The notes beneath the pieces are model-generated. The model ran no database searches. It saw only the letters and a list, made by a program, of their open reading frames with translations, and was not told where the DNA came from. The position numbers and the translations under genes are program-made. Below, piece after piece: positions 27,561-39,225 of a stretch of DNA of 64,000 nucleotides. Position 1 is the first letter of the stretch; each line of letters opens with the position of its first letter. Origin of the DNA: Epiperipatus broadwayi (lineage: Eukaryota > Animalia > Onychophora); contig JAQFVV010000004.1 of NCBI GenBank assembly GCA_028023455.1, positions 23,126,001-23,190,000 on the forward strand, in the 5' to 3' direction.

Positions 27561-29594
27561 TATATCATTATGACTTTTTCTAAATTTACAGAACTAGATA
27601 TTCAATTCTTTAAAGGCTCATTTTTATATTTTTTCATATTCCTTTTTTTCTTCACAAATTGTCATCTCAGTAAAAAAAAAATTCTGGTAAATTGCTGCTT
27701 TTTTAAAAATAACAGTTAGCTTTATTGCAATTCTGAAAGAAGACCCTTTGATTTCTCTGAGATCTTAAAGGCATCACCATATATATATAAATACTGTTAA
27801 CAGATGCTTTGAAGAAAAAAAATTGATTATAGTGTTTGATTTTGACATTAACTGTATGTAGGTTTAACTTTACAACACATTCTGCATTCTTTTTTGAAAT
27901 TTTAATCAATCATTGATTTTAATTTGAATTAATAGGGAGTCACCTGATAAGTTATCAAAAAAATAGAAATTTTTAATCAAAGGAATTGTTTTCAACACTT
28001 TAAAGATTACAATTATGCCCTGCTGTTTTAAATAATCATTTTTGTTAAATATATACTAAAACATTAAAAAATATTACATATCATAAAAATAAAAATGCAA
28101 ACTTGACCAAATGTACATGGATAGAAAACTATTTCTTTAATAAATAAAAAAGGTATCAAAAAAATAAAAACCAGTATGAAAATACTTGCCACATATTGAG
28201 TAAGTACAAATATAAATCGCAAAAAAAATATATTCACTTCAAAAATTAATATATAAATATATCATTTTAAAAATATTTTTTCGTAAAATAAAAATAATAA
28301 ATGGCTATAATAAAAATAAAATGCCAATTTTCCTGCAGTCTGTGCACTCAATTGCTCTTATTTTTCTTAGAGTGTAAATATAAATGCATATTTACTCTTA
28401 AAAATTATAGTTAATATTTTTTAAAAATTTGCAATAACTTGACCTCAAGTATATTCGATTTGTTAGGGAAGAAAAATATCAGACGTCTTTCAGAACAAAT
28501 AAGTAATGGATCTGACAAGTGATATATGCAAGTGTTTTATTTTTTGATTGTTGATGGCACCAATTATCATAGGTTCCATTTTTTACGTTATTTGTAATTT
28601 TGAGCAATGCAATGAATATGTTATCAAAAGTTCAATTTTAAAACATTTATCAAAATTTGCAATTTATGAGTAAGTATAAAATAACTAAAAAAAATTTTTA
28701 AATTACTTTTTTCATTTTATTATTCTATCCCATGTTGTTACATTTGTGGCAATATATTTTTGTAAAACTGAAAATTGCTATGAAAACTATCTTTTAATCA
28801 ATTGAAGATAAAATCAATATAGTATTATAATAATAAACATATTAATGAAAAATAAATAAAATATCAGTGAAAAATATTCAGAAGCTTGTGAAAAATTTAC
28901 TAATCACAATTCTTAATATTATTTTATATTTTTTATAAATATATATATATAGGCGCTGTCTGCACAGATAATGAAGCTAGAACGTATATATTTAAAAGCG
29001 AAATTTTTATTTACTAAAATAAAAAAACAACTCTTAAATCAAAGAACTTAGCACCTGCTCTCCTACTCATAGATGTTGTAGTAACTGCGTGGTAAAAATG
29101 GAAATGGAATTTATGCAAATGGGTTATAATTGCCATTTCAAAGACAGAGCAAAGCATGCTTCTCTCCTATTGATGGATTTGGGGTCGCTAGCTATGTAAA
29201 ACGCCTCTAATCTTGCATCGGGTCTTTCAGAGCATATGACCTGATGTGTTCAAATTTATGGCTTAATGTAATTTCGTGTTCGCAGAAGATGGAATTGCTT
29301 TCTTGCTTGATTTTAGTTTTATTGTAGATATATTTGTGTTGGGCTACTCTATTGGCTATGTTAGTCTGGGTCTCTCCATAGTATGCAGCTTGGCAGTTGG
29401 CTTGTGGACAAATCATTTTGTACACCACCTGAGGAGATCTCAGGTGTGTTTCTATGTTTTGAGTTGTTTATAAGTCTGTTTGTGATCAGAGGCGACCGGT
29501 AGGCAATGCTAAAGTCTTGTGGATAGTGTGTTGTTGAGGCATTTGGCAAGGGGTTGATATATGGTATGAGAATTCTTGGCTTAATGTCTTCGAT

Positions 29595-30130
29595 GTGGTT
29601 ATGCTGATTATTATAATAACAGGAAAGTCAATAAGTTCTTATAATATTCAGCGTAATCACATCAAAGACATTAAGCCAAGAATTCTCATACCATATATCC
29701 AACCCCTTGCCAAATGCCTCAACAACACCCTATCCAAAGACTTTAGCATTGTCTATCGGTCACCTTCGAACACAAACAAACTTATAAACAACTCAAAACA
29801 TAGAAACACGCCTGAGCTCACTCCTCAGGTGGTATACAAAATGATTTGCCCACAAGCCAATTGCCAAGCTGCGTACTATGGGGAGACCCAGACTAACATA
29901 GCCAATAGGGTAGCCCAACACAAATATATCTACAATAAAACTAAAATCAAGCAAGAAGGCAATTCCATCTTCTGCGAACACGAAAAAACCTTAGGCCGTA
30001 AATTTGAACACATCACGTCGTATGCTCCGAGAGACTCGACGCAAGATTAGAAGTGTTTTACATAGCTAGCGACCCCAAATCCATCAATAGGAGAAGCATG
30101 CTTTGTTCTGTCTCTGAAATGGCAATTATA
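29595..30130 (+). pseudogene. PLE GIY-YIG endonuclease (right arm)
   Basis: ILIPYIQPLAKCL..VVYKMICPQANCQAAYYGETQTNIANRVAQHKY..FCEHEKTLGRKF..RLEVFYIASDPKSINRR; matches the PLE pattern VY-I-C..C..Y-GET..R..H. Confidence 0.9.
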
Positions 30131-30180
30131 ACCCATTTGCATACATTCCATTTCCATTACTACCACGCAATTACTACAAC

Positions 30181-30224
30181 ATCTATGAGTATGAGAGCAA
30201 GTAGTCTCCTGAAAGCGCTAAGTT
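30181..30224 (+). ncRNA. Putative minimal hammerhead ribozyme (variant core) in PLE1 3' UTR
   Basis: ATCT-ATGAGTA-T-GAGA-gcaagtag-TCTC-ct-GAA-AGCGCT-A-AGTT; stem I is weak and there is a 2-nt insertion before GAAA. Confidence 0.55.
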
Positions 30225-30694
30225 CTTTGATTTAATAGTTTTTTTTTTTGTTTTAGTAAATTAAAATTTCGCTTTTAAATATATATGTTCTAGCTTCATT
30301 ATCTGTACAGATAGTGCATATATATATTAAGTTTATAACGTTTAGTGAAATAATAATGTAAGTATTTCAAGTAATTTATATTTTTTAGTAAATTCAAGAA
30401 TAGAATACTAATAATTTCAGACAATGTCTTGTCAATAATGAAATTCTCCACAGGGGAGGGGGGCAGGCATATGGTGTATGAAATATTAGATTATCTCATT
30501 TAATATTCTTAAAATTCTATAAAAAACATAATTATTAAATAACAGATGGTACAAACTAACAAATCACCTTAACATGTTATATTAAAAATTGTTAATTTTA
30601 AAATATCCAATCTATTTTCAGCCAGGTAAGTAATTTTCAAATAAGCCACCCATTGGCGCTGCAATCAATAGTAGTAATCCGTTTTTAATATTAA

Positions 30695-32486
30695 AAGTAA
30701 AAATTTGTTAATAGTATGAATACTGGACCCCACTGTCTGATGGCATTCTTTTTTACCCAATTCACATCAATATACCGATTCACGGGCCGTCTGTTTGTTT
30801 ACATATTATGGTAAGCTTTGTTTTGTTTTTTCAACCGGTTTTTTATTTTTTTTCGCCGGCAGCGGTAAACCACCAAAGTTTTTTTTTATTCCACCTGGGT
30901 TTTTTTTTTTGTTTTTAATAAATAAATACTTTGTTTTTACATGGTCTAGGGATGTTGGTTTGTTTGTAAATTAACAACTAATTGTCCGTAGGTTTCTTTA
31001 CATAATATTACGGTAAACCAAATTTTTTTCCCCACACGGTTTTTTTTTTTTTGGTTCGTTTTTTTTACGAAACAAACACTTTGTTTTTAGATGGTGCAGG
31101 TGTATTGGTTTGCTTTTAAATTATCGATTAACGGTGTCAGTTTGTTTACACAAAAATACGGTAACAAACACTTTGCTGTTTTTAGATTGGGGGGGGGGTA
31201 AACTTTTTTTTTTGGCTGTTTTGATTTGCTGAAAGACTTCAACAATTCGGTACTTTTGAATAAACCAACTCTTGGTTTTTTAGAGGGCGGAGGGGAGATG
31301 GGTTGTTTCGATTTTGAATTGTCATTTTCTTGATTAATTTATTACGAGGTTTTTTTTTTTGTTGTTTCAAATCTTTACACTACAGAAAGCTTTATATGAT
31401 AGCGAAAAGTTCTTAATTTTTTTGGCTTTTAATTTTAAAAAAAGACGTAAACAGTTCGTTTTTAAAGAACACTTTTTTTTAAGCCGGGGGAGGTGGGGTG
31501 GCGGAGAAGGTTTGTTTTGATTTTTAATTATAGACTTCTTTTTGGATTTTATTTTTAAAAAACATTTTATTATGTTACCACACAGTTCTTTATTATTATT
31601 ATTATTTTTTTTTTGGTGGAGCCTTTTGAATAAACTCTTAAACACTTTTTTTTTGGTATAATATTACCTATTGTAACTTTTAATGAACCTTATCAAATAT
31701 TACCTACCTACTTTATAATTATGTGAACAACAATATCAACAAAAAAGTTTCCCCATAAAATAATTTATTGAATCAAAAAGAAACGAAACTTTGGGCAAGT
31801 TGTGAAGCAAAACAAGTAAAAAAAAAACAACAAAACACCACCATTTACGAGGGCATAAAAAACAGCAGCCAAAAGTAACATGCAAATAAAATAACAGGGA
31901 AGCCTCAAAGCTGTAACAGGATTTTGGAGCCTTCGAACCAACAACTTCCCTTACAGACCTACATAGGTACACTTGCAGGAGTTTCTCTTTCTGGGAAAAC
32001 ACAATATTGTGTGGCATTTGACAGTTCTTGCATGGATTCGTGCGTAAACAGGCATTTGCATGCGAAATCGGAAAAAACTGCTGAAAACAACCTTTTCAAG
32101 TTATGTGCAGTTCAAAAACATAGGGAAGCTTGTGAGATGACATGGCAATTCTTAATATGAAATACTAATTCCACTACGCTTTCTAAAAAATTTCCGACAA
32201 TGAATTTTTGCAGTTTCATCTTTTTCAAATACAGCCATCATCAAATCAGACCGTTGCAAGAGTTCAAGAGCGCCCACTTGGCGAATACTGTCGCAATGTA
32301 ATGGGCGTAGTATTTTGTAATCGTAGAATACATCACCCTCAGGCAGCCTGTTATAGCTCAAAAAACACCTCTTGTACTGTCAGCCGTAAGTTAAGGCCGC
32401 TAAAATGGATATATTGATGTGCGTTTTGTGAAAGAGTGCCATCAGACAGTAGGGTTCAGTTTTCATACTATTACCGAAATTTTAAT
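30695..32486. mobile_element. Unclassified DNA transposon with about 90-bp imperfect TIRs and apparent TTAA TSD (Kolobok-like?)
   Basis: Left ...taatagtatgaatactggaccccactgtctgatggcattc..cacatcaatata; the right end reads taatagtatgaaaactgaaccctactgtctgatggcactc..cacatcaatata on the minus strand. TTAA at 30691-30694 and 32487-32490. Degenerate internal tandem repeats at 30.8-31.2 kb and decayed Cys-rich coding at 31.7-32.4 kb. Confidence 0.65.
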
Positions 32487-33412
32487 TTAATAAAGGCTTC
32501 ATGGGACAAGGTTGTCAGGAGCTACTGGAGATAAAGAAAAATGATTTAGTCAATTAGTTTAATAATGTGCAGAAGTAACATAGTACTGACTTGTTTATAT
32601 TGTAAAACCAAAATAAATTTATATACAATTTGTTTACTTATAATGGTACTTGTGAGTTTTGCTGTAAACAGAGATGGCAACCCATATTTCTGATGAATCT
32701 ATTGTTTGGGGGGGGGGGGGCAAAAAATGCCTGCTAGGAAACATCTATTTAATATTCACGTTTTATTTTTTATTACTGTTATTTTTAAAAAAGAAACCAT
32801 TGTGGAAAAATTAATCACACGATTAACAATGTATTTCCTGGGGTTAACTTAACAAAAAAAAGAAAAAAAATATAAATACAATATTCACACTTTATTCATG
32901 TTAGCATCATGCAATAGTAACAATGTTCACTTTTTGAGAGGGCAGGATTGCATACCTTTGGAAATAGTCCACTGCATCATTTCCTGTGACAGGAAGTTCT
33001 TAAATTTTTATCACTATGACAATTTATCAAAAAAAATTGCCGACAAAAAAAATATATGCTGAAATGAGTCCCAGTACGACAATGTTAAAGGTGTCTCGAC
33101 GCTTCCCATGACACAATATAAGTATTAAAAAATTGAAATAAAGCTTCTTAATGAAATTTATCAAAATGTTTTTTTTTTTAATTTAACAATCTATTAATTT
33201 TGTTTTAATTTAATAAGTAAATCATATTTGGTAGATTGTAGGACTTTGAAACTGTATATTTATCAAAAATACAGGCTGCCATTTTGATTTACAGAAAATC
33301 TCACAAGTACCCTTACTTTTTATAGAATTATTAAATGACTTATTAAATAAGTATATAACCCTAAACATCACATGATCACCATTTATTATGCTTGCTCATT
33401 CGTAACTGTTAT

Positions 33413-33486
33413 TAAAACAGGCAAAACTCTCCATACTCTAGGTTGCACTGAGGGGCACTACTGTATGGAGAGTTTTGCCTGTTTTA
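33413..33486. repeat. 74-bp mini-MITE-like hairpin
   Basis: TAAAACAGGCAAAACTCTCCATAC pairs perfectly with GTATGGAGAGTTTTGCCTGTTTTA (24 bp). Confidence 0.8.
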
Positions 33487-33729
33487 TATAATATTTAGAT
33501 ATCAAACAAAAAAAATTGGAAGCACATCAATATTTGTTGTTGTTTTTTGTAAGACTATATATTAAAGATTAATATTTCAAATAAATTTTTAGTATGTGAA
33601 TTCAGCTTTAAATATATATTTTTCAACCCCCCCCCCCCGTTAAAATATGTTCTTTAGCACAAAAATTAAAATTGAGACTTTTGATTATTTACTTCTGTTT
33701 ATTACTTTTTTTTTGTGAAGTTACTTTAG

Positions 33730-34240
33730 TTTTTAGTATACAAAATTAACAAAGCGTATGCCACACTTGAATGAGAAACTATAAAGATACATAGAAATTA
33801 TTACACGCTAAGCGCTTTCGAGGTCTTTTGCCTCATATTCATAGCGGTACTGTGAGCTGCAGAACGAAAAAATAGGGCAAGGGAAACAAAACAGTATGCA
33901 AAGCATATGCAAATGAACTAGATAGTCCAACGTTTAGAGATGTCAAAGCAGGTATCTCGACTATTGATGGAGTTATTATTGCCATTAATAAAATATGCTT
34001 CTCGGATTTTCCGCTTGATGTCATTTTTCTCAATACAGACTATTTTAGGGCTGGAAGGTTCAAACAAATGTCCTGTCTTCTTGGAATGCTCTAAAAATGA
34101 TGAATTATCATTGTTTTTCATGGCTCTATTATATGTATATCTGTGTTGTGCTGTCCTGTTGATTATGCCTGCCTTGGTTTCTCCAAAATAAATGGCCCGG
34201 CAACCAGGTTGTGGGCAAGCTATGCTGTAAAATTTTACTT
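33730..34240 (-). mobile_element. Penelope-like element 2, 5'-truncated (GIY-YIG plus 3' UTR)
   Basis: FYSIACPQPGCRAIYFGETKAGIINRTAQHRY..SSFLEHSKKTGHLFEPSSPKIVCIEKNDIKRKIREAYFINGNNNSINSRD. Confidence 0.9.
33803..33849 (-). ncRNA. Minimal type-I hammerhead ribozyme (A3-U8 variant) in PLE2 3' UTR
   Basis: Minus strand TAC-CGCT-ATGAATA-T-GAGG-caaaaga-CCTC-GAA-AGCGCT-T-AGCG-t-GTA: stem I (4+3 bp), stem II (4 bp), palindromic stem III AGCGCT, CUU cleavage triplet. Confidence 0.75.
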
Positions 34241-34386
34241 AATGAATTTACATTTTTAATAAAATTTGTAAAAAAAAAAATACAACCATGAAAAATCCAA
34301 AAAGTAAAAGATCATATGATATATTGAGTATAATTAAGAGTTTTCTGATGTTAAACAAATCTATACAACTGCATGGTACACAAATA

Positions 34387-34913
34387 TATTATGTCTAAAT
34401 GTGCTAAAACACACAGGCAATGGTGAAGCTACATACAAATTGTAGTATTAATTGGCTGAGCACTTCAGAGAAGATTTATCTTCTCAAAATCATAGCTAAT
34501 GGGTTGGGCAAGCATGGTGGATATGTATGCAACAAATATTTAAATACATGCAAAGTGGATTAGCAAGTCCATTTTTGGAGTGAAAAGCAGGCTTCCTTTT
34601 GGTTTATACCATAGGTATTGTTAGCTATAAGTCACGCTTCTTTGATTTTACCTTTAGATCACCATGACTCTAAACATAAAATCAGAGCATGGTTTATAAC
34701 TAACACCACGTACAACATAAACCCAATAGACTTTCTAATCCACTTTGCATTTATTTAAATATTTGGCACATACACATTCCTCTGTGCTCATACAACCCAT
34801 TCGCTATGATTATGAAAAAATAAAACCTCAAAAGCACCCAGCCAATTAATACTACACTACAATTTGTACTTAGCTTCACCATTGCCGGTGTTTTAGCACA
34901 TTTAGACATATTA
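34387..34913. mobile_element. MITE with about 85-bp TIRs
   Basis: atgtctaaatgtgctaaaacac..aggcaatggtgaagcta..tacaaattgtagtattaattggctg (34391-34458) is mirrored at 34838-34910. Confidence 0.7.
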
Positions 34914-35319
34914 CTTTTTAATTGGGAAATCTACGTTTCTTTTATTCTTAGAAATACTTTATGTAACAAACTATAAGTGCACATAATTAATTGACTATTA
35001 TATGTAAATCAATTCACCACAGCCAATCCTTAAAATAAACCAAAAGAATATCACCAATCTGTTGAGACAATGTTGCCACAAGAGATTGATGATATTTTAT
35101 TGTTTATTTTAAGCACTAGCTATGATGAGTTGATTTATGCAATAAGTACATGGCCATTAATCATAACATTTAAAGACATTTCTCCTTACTGCTGGAACAG
35201 TATGATTTAGCCATCATACAGTTTCACCTACTATATAACATAGTAGTCATTTTCCTAATTCGAACCCTAGAGGCACAAGTATATAATCGTATACTAAGTA
35301 ATTTAATCTATAGGAGCGT

Positions 35320-37390
35320 ATCATCATCATCAAACATTATCAATCCACTGCAGGGTGAAGGTCTCTCCAAGTTCAATCCATCTTTTCCTATCTTTAGCTT
35401 CTCTTCTCCACATCACCCCTGCACACTTTCTTATTTCATCCACCCATCTCACATGTGGTCTCTTTTTGGGTTTTTTACAATCTCTTGGAATCTAGTATAA
35501 AATTTCAATTGTCCATCTGTTATCATCTTTTCTAACAATATGTCCAGCCCAACTCCACTTCAGTCTTTTAATTTTTTCAATGAGGTCAGTAACCCGTTTG
35601 TTCTCTTATCCATACATTGCGTTTTTGATCCCTTCGTGACTCCCAACATGCATATCTACATACTTCTTTGAGTGGTCTGAAGTTTCTGTATTGCTCTTTT
35701 ATTAAGTGTCCAAGTCTCAGATCCATAAGTAAGAACTAGCAAAACACATTTATTAAAAACCTTCCTTTTCAAACACAGGCATATTTCCTTTGAGTATGAA
35801 GTTATTTCTACCAAAAGCACTCCAACCAAGTTTAATTCTATGATTAATTTCATCCATTATATTTCCATCTGTATTAATAATCCGACCAAGGTATTTGTAA
35901 CTGTTAACCTCTTCTAACTCATCATAATCAATCTTTATTTTCATATTTTGAGAAAATCTATTAAACATTACTTTAGTCTTTTTAACATTTATCTTTAGTC
36001 CTACTTTCATCTGATAACTCCTGCAACATTTCCTGTAGCTCTAAAGCATTATTTGCAAAAACAACTACATCATCTGCAAAATCTAAATGACTTAAATAAT
36101 CTCCATTTACTTTCACTTCTTTAGCTTCCCATTTTAATCCACAAAATACTTCTTGCAGCATTGCTGTAAAAAGTTTTGGAGATATGGAGTCACTCTGTCT
36201 TACACCCTTTTCAATGTTGATTTTCCTACTATCATTATGTAATCTAATTGTTGCTGTTGCATTTTTATAAATATTCTTCAAAATATGACAATATCCTGGA
36301 TCTACACCTTGAAGATCCTATGCTTTAATCACTGACGAAATGTTTATAGAATCAAATGCCTTTTCAGTCTACAAATCCTAAGCATAATGGCAACTCATTC
36401 ATTTGTCCTTTCTATGATTTCTCTCAATACCTGGATATGATCTACTGTACTAAAATCACTTTTAAATACAGCTTGTTCTCTTGGTTGGTGGAAATCCAGT
36501 GATTTCTATAGACGAGTTGTAATTATCTTAGTAAACATTTTGTATAAAACTGATAAAAGACTGATAGGTCTGTAATTTCTAATATCTTCTTTATCACCTT
36601 TTTTAAATATTAATATTAATACTGCATTCTTCCAATCATCTGGTACATCTTTATCATTTAGACATTTGGTATATAACTTTGCTAAAAAAAATTCTATTTC
36701 TTCACCTGCTTCTTTTAATATATCAATTATAATTCCATCATTACATGGAGCCTTCCCTTTCTTCATAAATTTAATTGCATGTCACTTCCTCATTCAAAAT
36801 TCTGAGCAATTCGGAAGATATTAATAGGTATAGGAGGCACTTGTTCTTTATTACTATATAATTCTTGATAGAAGTCTTCTACACATTTTATGATGTCATC
36901 TCTTTTTAGTAATAATGCCATTTTTTTTCTTATTGGAGATATAAATTTCCTACCAATACCTAAATGTTGTTTTACACTCTTTAAACTTTTATTCTCTTCT
37001 ACAGCTTTCCTTGCTAGTTCACAATTATACTTTATTAAATCATTTTCAACTCTTTTCCGCACCATTTTACAAAATTCGAGATATTCAATCTTTTTTAATG
37101 CATCATTGTTGTATATCCTCATATTCCTTTTTTTCTTCATAAATTCTCTAGTCTCAGTAGAAATGCTATTGGTCAATTGCTGCTTTTTTCTACCAGTTAT
37201 CTTTGTTGCAGTTTTTAAAAGTGGGTCGCTTATTTTCCTATTAATGTCATTCAAATCTGAATCATGTTCAAAATCTACTAATACTTGAAACCGATTTGTA
37301 AGTTCTAATTTAAATTCATTAGAATGTTTCTGAAGATTAGAAATATCAACTGTAAATATTGTTTTTCTTAATAATTTTTGTCTATTTACA
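35320..37390 (-). mobile_element. RTE-clade LINE, 5'-truncated, RT disrupted
   Basis: ORFs 36506-36766 (KAPCNDG..WKNAVLILIFKKGDKEDIRNYRPISLLSVLYKMF), 35982-36281 (KGVRQSDSISPKLF..DFADDVV), 35753-36010 (GLKINVKKTK..YKYLG) and 35656-35853 (LTYGSETW); (GAT)n tail at 35320-35331. Confidence 0.95.
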
Positions 37391-38014
37391 CATATATGCG
37401 TGTAATTGTATATGCACACATCTACTATTTTAAATGTTTGTATTTATAATGTATACACATTTGTAATGTTTTATTTGCGAGTAATTGTAGCTTCACACAC
37501 ATCCAATTGATATTATTATGTATAATGTATACGCCTGTACAATTTTATATAAAGATTTGTTTTGTGATTTCAACTTAATAAATTTGATTTAAGCTGTGGA
37601 CATCGTATATATAGGATAACATACCTATGTATATATGCGAAGGTAACCGGAATGTAATCGGTTTGCTAAACATTACAAGTTTTGTAAATTATTTCCGAAT
37701 TGTCTTTGAAGTTATTCAATTTACTAAATTGCTAGTATTCGCATATAGTAATTAAATTCAGAGGTGTTTTTCTTATGTGTATGCTAAATGTTGGTTGCTT
37801 AGATATCTTTGAAAAAAATAATTCAAGGTTTATGGCTACCTCAGAATTACTTCGCACTAACCTGAGAAACGAACTTTATGGATCTTATAAAATAAAGTTA
37901 GAATCATTAACAGTCATTGAAAGGATCTGCCTATAAATCCAGCCGAGATTTTTGTAGTTACTAAAATTAATGACTCCTTGAATTTTAAGGTTTTAAAAAT
38001 AAAGATTGCGAATA

Positions 38015-38952
38015 TACCTGGGTCTCGTTTTACGCGATAGGTTCCTCAGAAAACATGCACAAATGAAATCGTGCAAAAATAGACGTAACTTACCTTGAAA
38101 AAGGGGGAATACGGACTGTGATTTTTCAAAAATCGCGTAAAAGCAAAGCACCAACGTAAAATTACTTTAATATTCGTGCAAAAAAAAATAAAGAAATAAA
38201 ATATGACTAATAAAAAATTTCAAATTTGAAAAAAATTGATACAAGACAAACTTTTTTTAACTATAATATTTAATTTTATTCAAAACAATACATTTTTGTG
38301 CATAATTTACAGTAATTTACATTTTTTTATACACGTTTTAATTATTATCGCTATTTACTATTAAACAGGTTCGTTTGCAAACTGATAAAAAAATCAGATT
38401 CATCACAAGAGGAAATATAACTAGCGCCAACGTCACTCTCATGTTGTGTTAATGGTTTTTCTGGTGACAACGTAATTAGTAATTAATCTAACAACTAAAA
38501 ATTAAATTCTTATTTTTGTCTTTAATTTTCAATTTTAATTGTGCCCACTGCTATTACTCACCTTTTAAATATAAACTTGCGGACACTAAATGATTAATAA
38601 TTGATTACGTTCTTTTTTAAAAAGCAAAAACAGAATGTGATTTAAAATGCAAAATTAACACGCACAATGTTTGAACAAAATTACATTATAATCTTGTAAA
38701 ATTTAATGTGTGTATACATAAAATGTCGAAATCATGACTTTAATTTCATTATTGCATAAAATCTTACTATTATAAAGCACTGAAAATATTGAAATTACTA
38801 AGATGAAAGTCGAATTCCAATAATGTGCTATTACTTTCAATATGACGTAAGTGCGCGAAATTTATTATTTAAAGTAATAGCGCGTTATCGGAGTTCGACT
38901 TCCGGAGGAACGTGAATCGCGTTAAATAAATCCGCGTAAAGAGACCCAGGTG
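38015..38952 (+). mobile_element. Tigger/pogo-like MITE, copy 1
   Basis: TA|TACCTGGGTCTCGTTTTACGCG ... CGCGTAAAGAGACCCAGGTG|TA; no coding capacity seen. Confidence 0.9.
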
Positions 38953-39029
38953 TATGTTAATGTCTTGTGAGAGGGGGGTAGGAAGAAAGTATAAAACCCC
39001 TAGTTTGAAGTGAAAGGATTTATTTTTGT

Positions 39030-39225
39030 TTTACTCTCGTGTTGACTTATATTCCGGCAGTGTGCCCAGTTTTACTATGAAAATCAGTGGTTAGAAACTG
39101 TCATTGCTGCCTCCTCAGCAGCAGAACTGTTTATGGGAGACTCGAACCCCAGCCTACCTGAAAGGATAGCATATAGAAAGAACAGCCGATAAATGTGCGT
39201 GCGTAATCCTGCCAAGCTGCAAGCC
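39030..39225 (-). mobile_element. tRNA-derived SINE with a longer body
   Basis: Minus strand GGCTTGCAGCTTGGCAGG (A box) and GGGGTTCGAGTCTCCC (B box), then GAGGAGGCAGCAATGACAG..AACCACTG, which resembles RTE-related SINE cores. Confidence 0.5.

Larger units (their letters stand above)
28940..30328. mobile_element. Penelope-like element 1: two 5'-truncated copies head-to-head, forming a 1.39-kb palindrome
   Basis: Arms about 28940-29616 and 29639-30328 are reverse complements around a 22-nt spacer; each encodes the GIY-YIG endonuclease and 3' UTR pointing outward. Confidence 0.93.

Noticed and set aside
29830-30220. SECIS / selenocysteine recoding in the PLEs (ATGA motif in the 3' UTR)
   Set aside because: The knuckle cysteines are TGC codons, there is no in-frame TGA at those sites, and the ATGA fits the hammerhead core better.
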